NCBI GenBank assembly: GCA_964439935.1
Contig: CAYTPW010000003.1
Location: forward strand, 16,743-80,742
DNA length: 64,000 nucleotides
Source of the DNA: an uncultured bacterium
GTDB lineage: Bacteria; Fidelibacterota; Marinisomatia; Marinisomatales; TCS56
Direction of reading: 5' to 3'
The position numbers and the translations under genes were made by a program. Numbering within the stretch: the stretch's first letter is position 1; each line of letters begins with the position of its first letter. Shown here in pieces: positions 58,604 through 64,000 of this stretch. The notes beneath the pieces are model-generated. The model did not search any database. It saw only the letters and a program-made list of their open reading frames with translations, and was not told where the DNA came from.

Positions 58604-60367
58604 ATGATAAAAAGAATTAAACAAGTATTGCCCGGCGTGTCGACTCTACAGAGGCCGATTCGGGTATGGCCAGGAGTGGTAGCAGTGATATTGCTGTGGT
58701 TGGCTCGGTTTGGCCTGAAAATTATCATACCTGGGTTTGAAGGCTTTGAGTTAGGAATTTTGGGTGGTTTTATTGGTTCGCTGGCTGTTGTTCTATGGTG
58801 GGCCTTTTTCAGCCGGACACCGCAACTCGAACGCTGGGGTGCAATCGTCCTAATGGTGGTCGCCATGTCTGCAACATGGCACCTAAGGCACGAATCGATG
58901 GGGCCTCTGTGGATCGCCGCATACGCCGTCCCGGTTCTGTGTCTCACTCTTGTCCTTTGGGCGGTGATCAGCCGTCGACTATCAGATGTAACCAGGCGTG
59001 TAACACTGGTTGTGACCATCCTGCTCTCGTGCGGTGCATGGACGCTAGTCCGGACCGGTGGAATTGATGGCGACCACGTTGCGGATTTCGCGTGGCGCTG
59101 GGCGGAGTCTCCTGAAGAGCAGCTTATGGCCCAATCTATCGCTGAACCAGCAGCGCTGCCAGTAGTCCCGACAGCATCAGAGATGGAAGCTGACTGGCCA
59201 GGCTTTCGCGGACCAGATCGTGCTGGCATAATTCCCGGATTGCATATTGAAACTGACTGGTCTACCTCCCCGCCGGTCGAATTGTGGCGCCGACCGATTG
59301 GACCCGGTTGGTCTTCTTTCGCTGTTCATGGAGACCTCTTCTACACCCAGGAGCAGCGCGGGGATGATGAAATCGTCGCTTGCTACAATAAAACCACAGG
59401 CGAACCAGTGTGGAAACACCGCGACGCGGCTCGGTTCCTTGAATCGAATTCCGGCGTCGGTCCACGCGGAACGCCAACTCTCAGCAACGGGCGTGTATAC
59501 ACACTGGGTGCGACCGGAATCATGAATGCGCTCGATGGCGGTGACGGCTCTATCGTGTGGACTCGCAATGCAGCATCCGACACCGACACCAAGATCCCCG
59601 TCTGGGGCTTCACAAGCTCACCGCTGGTAGTAGACGATGTCGTTGTTGTAGCTGCTGCCAGTTCACTCATTGCTTATGACCTCACGACGGGCGAGCCACG
59701 CTGGTTTAAAACGGCTGGTACCGGCTGCTACAGTTCACCACATTTGCTAAGTATTGACGGAGTCACACAGATCGTGATGTTGAATGAAACCGGTACTATC
59801 AGCATCACACCGGCTGATGGAACGCTACTCTGGGAGTACCCCTGGCCGGGTGGTGTCCCAATTGTGCAGCCAGCCCTGACCAAGGACGGAGACGTTTTGA
59901 TCACATCCAGCGAACGAAGTGGTATACGCCGTATCGCAGTCGCTTATGGTTCTGACGGATGGACAGTTGAAAAACGTTGGACCTCAGCCAGGCTGAAGCC
60001 CTACTTCAACGACTTCGTTGTTCACAAAGGCTATGTCTACGGTCTCAGCGGCCGCACCCTTGCGTGCATTGGTGTTGATGACGGTAAGCACAAATGGAAT
60101 GGCAAGAACTACGGCGGTCAGTTGATCCTGCTGTCCGATCAGGACCTGCTACTGGTGTTATCAGAGAAAGGTGAGTTGGCGCTGGTCAGAGCAATTCCAG
60201 ACAAATTCACAGAGCTTGCGCGTTTCCCGGCGATCAAGGGTAAGACCTGGAATCATCCGGTAATTGTCGGCGACATTCTGTTGGTTCGCAATGGCCAGGA
60301 AATGGTCGCTTTCCGGTTGTCGCTCACAGGCGAGTCAAAGGAGTTGTCTTCGCGGCCATCGACTTGA
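58604..60367 (+). CDS. polytopic membrane-anchored PQQ-like (BamB-type) beta-propeller repeat protein
   Basis: About five N-terminal hydrophobic helices (aa approx 20-165). Then repeated propeller blades with the ...G.VY....G.L.ALD..TG...W pattern (VYTLGATGIMNALDGGDGSIVW; LIAYDLTTGEPRW; GTISITPADGTLLW; TLACIGVDDGKHKW). Confidence 0.8.
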   Translation: MIKRIKQVLPGVSTLQRPIRVWPGVVAVILLWLARFGLKIIIPGFEGFELGILGGFIGSLAVVLWWAFFSRTPQLERWGAIVLMVVAMSATWHLRHESMGPLWIAAYAVPVLCLTLVLWAVISRRLSDVTRRVTLVVTILLSCGAWTLVRTGGIDGDHVADFAWRWAESPEEQLMAQSIAEPAALPVVPTASEMEADWPGFRGPDRAGIIPGLHIETDWSTSPPVELWRRPIGPGWSSFAVHGDLFYTQEQRGDDEIVACYNKTTGEPVWKHRDAARFLESNSGVGPRGTPTLSNGRVYTLGATGIMNALDGGDGSIVWTRNAASDTDTKIPVWGFTSSPLVVDDVVVVAAASSLIAYDLTTGEPRWFKTAGTGCYSSPHLLSIDGVTQIVMLNETGTISITPADGTLLWEYPWPGGVPIVQPALTKDGDVLITSSERSGIRRIAVAYGSDGWTVEKRWTSARLKPYFNDFVVHKGYVYGLSGRTLACIGVDDGKHKWNGKNYGGQLILLSDQDLLLVLSEKGELALVRAIPDKFTELARFPAIKGKTWNHPVIVGDILLVRNGQEMVAFRLSLTGESKELSSRPST

Positions 60368-60510
60368 TACTGGTTATCAAATAGGAATGCCGCTTGTGTA
60401 GCAACCTGTAAAATCAATCGTTTGCTGGTATACGATATTAATCCATTTTTGCTCCATAATAGCTACAGCAAATTGTTTTTATTTTTGGGAGTTGTCAAAC
60501 TAGAAAAGCC

Positions 60511-61665
60511 ATGAACATGAAAGAACAACCTTCTCCGAAACGGATTCGGATTTACTGGATGGACAACCTCAGAGCTATTGTCATCCTTTTAGTGGTTCTA
60601 TATCATGTTGGGGGTGTTTATGAATCTGCCGGTCTATGGGGCTGGTTCTGGATTGTTGATGATCCCGCAACAATAATGTGGGTTGGCATCCTGGGGATAA
60701 TATTCGATATTTCCGTGATGCCAATCCTATTCTTTATATCAGGCTACTTAGTTCCAGCGTCACTGGTACACAAAACTGGCTGGAAATTTCTTAAAGGAAA
60801 ATTAAGGCGGTTGATGCTTCCCTGGGTGATAGCAGTGTTTACTTTAATCCCACTCTATAAGGTCATATTTTTGTATTCGCGAAATCTACCACAAGAGCAC
60901 TGGAGCACCTATTTTCACATCACCAATCCTAACAGCCAGAACTGGTTATGGTTTCTACCCGTTTTGTTTGTGTTCAACCTACTGTATGTACTTTTTTCTA
61001 AAGTAAAAATAAGGATTCCAGACATTTCACTAAGGAGTGCTATCTTTGGCACTCTCCTAATAGGTTTTGTTTACAGTTTTTGTATAGGTGGTGTTTTGGG
61101 TTTTCGGAGTTGGACGCTAACCCCATTGATCGATTTCGAAAACGAAAGATTGTTTGTGTACTTCTTGACTTTCTTACTTGGATCGTTGTGTTTTCGAAAG
61201 AATGTATTTGAAAAAAACCCCACAAGAAAAACATTGTATACAGTTGTAAATGCGATTGCCTGGATTCCGATCACTGTACACATCTTTGTACGGTTAATTC
61301 CTTTCTTTTACCCGGAAGGATTTTCTTTTACAGCACTATATCGGCTAATCTGGTGGCTCAGTTTTGATCTTTCATTACTCTGCATTATGTATTTAATGAT
61401 CGAATCATTCAGGCGATATTTATATAAAAACGGAAAAATCTGGAGTGAATTGAATAGGAATTCCTATGGTGTTTATATCGTCCACGTGTTCTTCATTGGT
61501 GCATTCGGTACTTTACTGTTGAACTCAAGCTTTCCTGCTTTGGTGAAATATCCCACGCTTTTTGTTTTAACCTATCTAGTCAGCAATTTAGTCGTTTCGG
61601 TTTATCGATCCTTGGTTCAAACCATAAAAATTAGAGTAAGCAAGAGTGAAGATCTGGCTGGCTAG
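60511..61665 (+). CDS. acyltransferase family 3 membrane O-acyltransferase
   Basis: RIYWMDNLRAIVILLVVLYHVG is the family N-terminus. About ten hydrophobic helices. Confidence 0.8.
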   Translation: MNMKEQPSPKRIRIYWMDNLRAIVILLVVLYHVGGVYESAGLWGWFWIVDDPATIMWVGILGIIFDISVMPILFFISGYLVPASLVHKTGWKFLKGKLRRLMLPWVIAVFTLIPLYKVIFLYSRNLPQEHWSTYFHITNPNSQNWLWFLPVLFVFNLLYVLFSKVKIRIPDISLRSAIFGTLLIGFVYSFCIGGVLGFRSWTLTPLIDFENERLFVYFLTFLLGSLCFRKNVFEKNPTRKTLYTVVNAIAWIPITVHIFVRLIPFFYPEGFSFTALYRLIWWLSFDLSLLCIMYLMIESFRRYLYKNGKIWSELNRNSYGVYIVHVFFIGAFGTLLLNSSFPALVKYPTLFVLTYLVSNLVVSVYRSLVQTIKIRVSKSEDLAG

Positions 61666-61764
61666 CATATTCCTCAGAGCAATCCCGTTAGCGGGACGAT
61701 ACACGTTCAGCGATTCGAGGTCAGAGCTCATTTACAGCCCGAATAGACCATGTGAATAGTAGCA

Positions 61765-62214
61765 ATGAAAATTTCATATACATTAGAAATCAAAGCCACT
61801 CCCGATAAAGTTTTTTATTGGCTTGAATATCCTCATCGGGCAAAGGAGTGGATGACCAGTGTTACCAAATTTGAAATCATTAGTGAAAATCCAAATAAAG
61901 TTGGGACGACTTTCCGTGAATACATTGAAGAAGATGGCCGCGGAACAGAAATGCGTGGAGTAATAACTGACTTTGTTTCAAATAAGCGACTTGCCTTTCA
62001 TCTGGAGGGTGATTTTAACACTGTCGATGTTGATTTTACTCTCAAAGAGCATAAGGGAATTACCCAATTGACACAGAATGCTAAAGTAAACTTTAAGGGC
62101 ATTTTCAGACTATTGAATTTGATTTTTAGCTATAATGTTAAAAGAAAGATTATGAGGCAGATCCAGAGTGAATTTGCCAGGTTAAAGGTACTCTGTGAAA
62201 ATGATGTCCAATAA
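61765..62214 (+). CDS. SRPBCC (START/polyketide-cyclase-like) family protein
   Basis: IKATPDKVFYWLEYPHRAKEWM...GTTFREYIEEDGR...RLAFHLEGDF matches the SRPBCC helix-grip pattern. Confidence 0.65.
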   Translation: MKISYTLEIKATPDKVFYWLEYPHRAKEWMTSVTKFEIISENPNKVGTTFREYIEEDGRGTEMRGVITDFVSNKRLAFHLEGDFNTVDVDFTLKEHKGITQLTQNAKVNFKGIFRLLNLIFSYNVKRKIMRQIQSEFARLKVLCENDVQ

Positions 62215-62298
62215 TCAAAATCGACAGCAAACCGAATTGAAAGTTGCAATGTGCAGCATCATAGAGTTGTATCTATCAAGTAATTTTTATAGAGGTTA

Positions 62299-63369
62299 AT
62301 GACCGACCGAAGAAACACCAGTTTTCTCGTTGGTGCTGGTTTGCTTGCAGCCTGTCTTTTTGGTGCTGCTACACCTGCCAGTAAGACGCTATTACAGGAT
62401 GTTAAACCTCAAGCCTTGGCTGGCTTACTTTACATTGGTGCTGCAATTGGAGTCCTGCCCATCCTGATTCGTGAGCGTTCTTTTCGCTGGCCGTGGCAGG
62501 CGGGGCGTCGGACGAGTTTGCTGCTGGCCGGTGCGGTCGTGTCTGGTGGGGTACTTGGTCCATGGTTCCTCTTACTCGGCCTGAGGTTTGTGCGATCCGG
62601 GTCGGTTGCGCTACTTCTCAGTCTCGAACTCGTCGCCACTGTTTTGCTGGGTCGTCTGTTGTTTCGCGAACATTTGTCTGCCAGAGGTTGGCTTGGAGCG
62701 GCAGGAACACTGGCAGCTGCTGTACTTCTGGCTGTGGGAGAAGGCCAGACCGGTGTTATTGCCACTCTGTTAGTGGGTACAGGCTGTCTTTTCTGGGGAT
62801 TTGATAATCATTTCACAGCTCTGATTGATGGAATCACACCTGCTCAGACGACTTTCTGGAAAGGTGTCGTGGCTGGCCTGTTCAATCTGATCGTGGGCGG
62901 GGCACTGCTCGGCGGAGTTAGTAATATGACCTCAGTGATATTGGCTGTGATGGTCGGGGTGTTTGCCTATGGTATCAGCATTACTCTTTACATTATGGCA
63001 GCACAGGGGCTGGGGGCTTCCCGAAGCCAGATGGTATTTTCCACTGCCCCGTTTTTCGGTGTGATTCTATCCGTACTGTTCCTGGGTGAGTTGATAACCG
63101 GAATGCAGGCAGGGGCGGCTGTACTCGTTGGTGGTTCATTGGTACTTTTGCTGAGCGAGCGGCACGGTCATATGCATCGTCACGATCAGATGGCACATCA
63201 ACACTGGCATCGCCACGACGATGAACATCATAATCATGACCATGCCGATGAACCGGACGCAACTGCTCACACGCACCAGCACAACCACGATGTCACGGAA
63301 CATGAGCATGTGCATTGGCCTGACTTACATCATCGACATGGTCACACAGACGAAGAGGAACACGATTAG
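62299..63369 (+). CDS. DMT/EamA-family transporter with 68-aa histidine-rich C-terminal tail
   Basis: Ten hydrophobic helices in two EamA-like halves, GC-rich. The tail HGHMHRHDQMAHQHWHRHDDEHHNHDHADEPDATAHTHQHNHDVTEHEHVHWPDLHHRHGHTDEEEHD is encoded at 63163-63366. Confidence 0.8.
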   Translation: MTDRRNTSFLVGAGLLAACLFGAATPASKTLLQDVKPQALAGLLYIGAAIGVLPILIRERSFRWPWQAGRRTSLLLAGAVVSGGVLGPWFLLLGLRFVRSGSVALLLSLELVATVLLGRLLFREHLSARGWLGAAGTLAAAVLLAVGEGQTGVIATLLVGTGCLFWGFDNHFTALIDGITPAQTTFWKGVVAGLFNLIVGGALLGGVSNMTSVILAVMVGVFAYGISITLYIMAAQGLGASRSQMVFSTAPFFGVILSVLFLGELITGMQAGAAVLVGGSLVLLLSERHGHMHRHDQMAHQHWHRHDDEHHNHDHADEPDATAHTHQHNHDVTEHEHVHWPDLHHRHGHTDEEEHD

Positions 63370-63553
63370 TGCCATAAGTCTATTGCCGGAAATTGTAAAT
63401 AACAGCACCTGATTTGAACTACATGCTGGTGCTTTGTGAAAATCTCAAAATATTAATTACTAACCCCTAATAGAATTCTATCCAATATAGCTGTAAATTT
63501 TTACCAGTAATTATCAGAAACTTTAACACATTAAGACTTATTTGAGGTAATCG

Positions 63554-64000
63554 GTGAATATCAATCCTTATATATTTCGTGAATATGATATCCGCGGCAA
63601 CGTTGCGGAAGATTTTCCACCGGATGTGGTGGAATTACTTGGAAAGGGTTTTGGTACTTTTGTTGCCAATCAGGGGGGACGTGAGATTGCCCTCAGTGGT
63701 GATGTCCGCATGACCACCCCCAGCCTGATGGATCAGTTCAAACGTGGTGTTTTGTCTGCTGGCGTAGATGTAATTGATCTGGGGATATTGCCAACTCCCG
63801 TTAATTATTATAGCATGTTTCATCTTGATGTAGCCGGGGCAGTTCAGATTACCGGTAGCCATAATCCGCCGGAGTTTAACGGTTTCAAGCTAAGCTATAA
63901 CCGTGGGGCCGTGTACGGACAGCAGATTCAGGATATCCGTCAGATAATCGAGACAAATCGGTTTACGGTTGGCGAAGGTAATGAGGTCCGGCACGAACTT
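63554..64000 (+). CDS. phosphomannomutase/phosphoglucomutase (N-terminal 149 aa; runs off the window)
   Basis: Absent from the ORF track (no in-window stop). GTG start with GAGG upstream. My translation is VNINPYIFREYDIRGNVAEDF...GVDVIDLGILPTPV...AVQITGSHNPPEFNGFK, which contains the active-site TGSHNP serine loop. Confidence 0.88.
   Translation, partial: MNINPYIFREYDIRGNVAEDFPPDVVELLGKGFGTFVANQGGREIALSGDVRMTTPSLMDQFKRGVLSAGVDVIDLGILPTPVNYYSMFHLDVAGAVQITGSHNPPEFNGFKLSYNRGAVYGQQIQDIRQIIETNRFTVGEGNEVRHEL

Noticed and set aside
58564-59229. 221-aa minus-strand ORF, the longest unannotated ORF in the track
   Set aside because: It lies fully antisense to the GC-rich propeller gene, whose repeats and TM helices are recognisable. 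Its translation is a low-complexity R/S/T/P/A-rich string with no motif. This is the typical shadow ORF of high-GC coding DNA.

Overview
This is a densely packed, moderately AT-rich bacterial chromosomal window with about 50 protein genes, many joined by 4-nt start/stop overlaps. I recognised no rRNA, tRNA, CRISPR array, transposase or phage gene by eye. Gene content indicates a Gram-negative of the FCB-superphylum type: two giant proteins end in a T9SS C-terminal sorting domain, and LptF/G, DsbD and Omp85-type genes are present. Unlike Bacteroidetes, it uses clear Shine-Dalgarno sites and several TTG/GTG starts.

Housekeeping blocks:
- pyrF-pyrE
- cyclophilin, patatin, dsbD, tlpA-like
- htrA
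- ileS, dksA-like, lspA, rluD, xer, hpf
- a contiguous activated-methyl-cycle block, metH-metF-metK-ahcY
- DUF503-prmA
- murQ

Best candidates for an undescribed system:
1. Tandem ~1,460-aa T9SS-sorted modular paralogs (13239-22052). Two nested domains occur in swapped order, each protein carries adjacent dockerin-like and cohesin-like modules, and one domain of unknown function is far better conserved than the rest.
2. A translationally coupled 988-aa lipoprotein plus 491-aa beta-barrel pair (38809-43247).
3. A same-strand block of two paralogous RND permeases with no adaptor or TolC gene, flanking a K+ channel and followed by an OM barrel and a patatin-POTRA-Omp85 protein (44904-55393).

The right end (about 57-63.4 kb) is a GC-composition mosaic that includes a DMT transporter with a 24-His tail.

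All functional calls come from motif recognition in the supplied translations. No HMM or BLAST search, folding or composition program was run. Subdomain coordinates are approximate.
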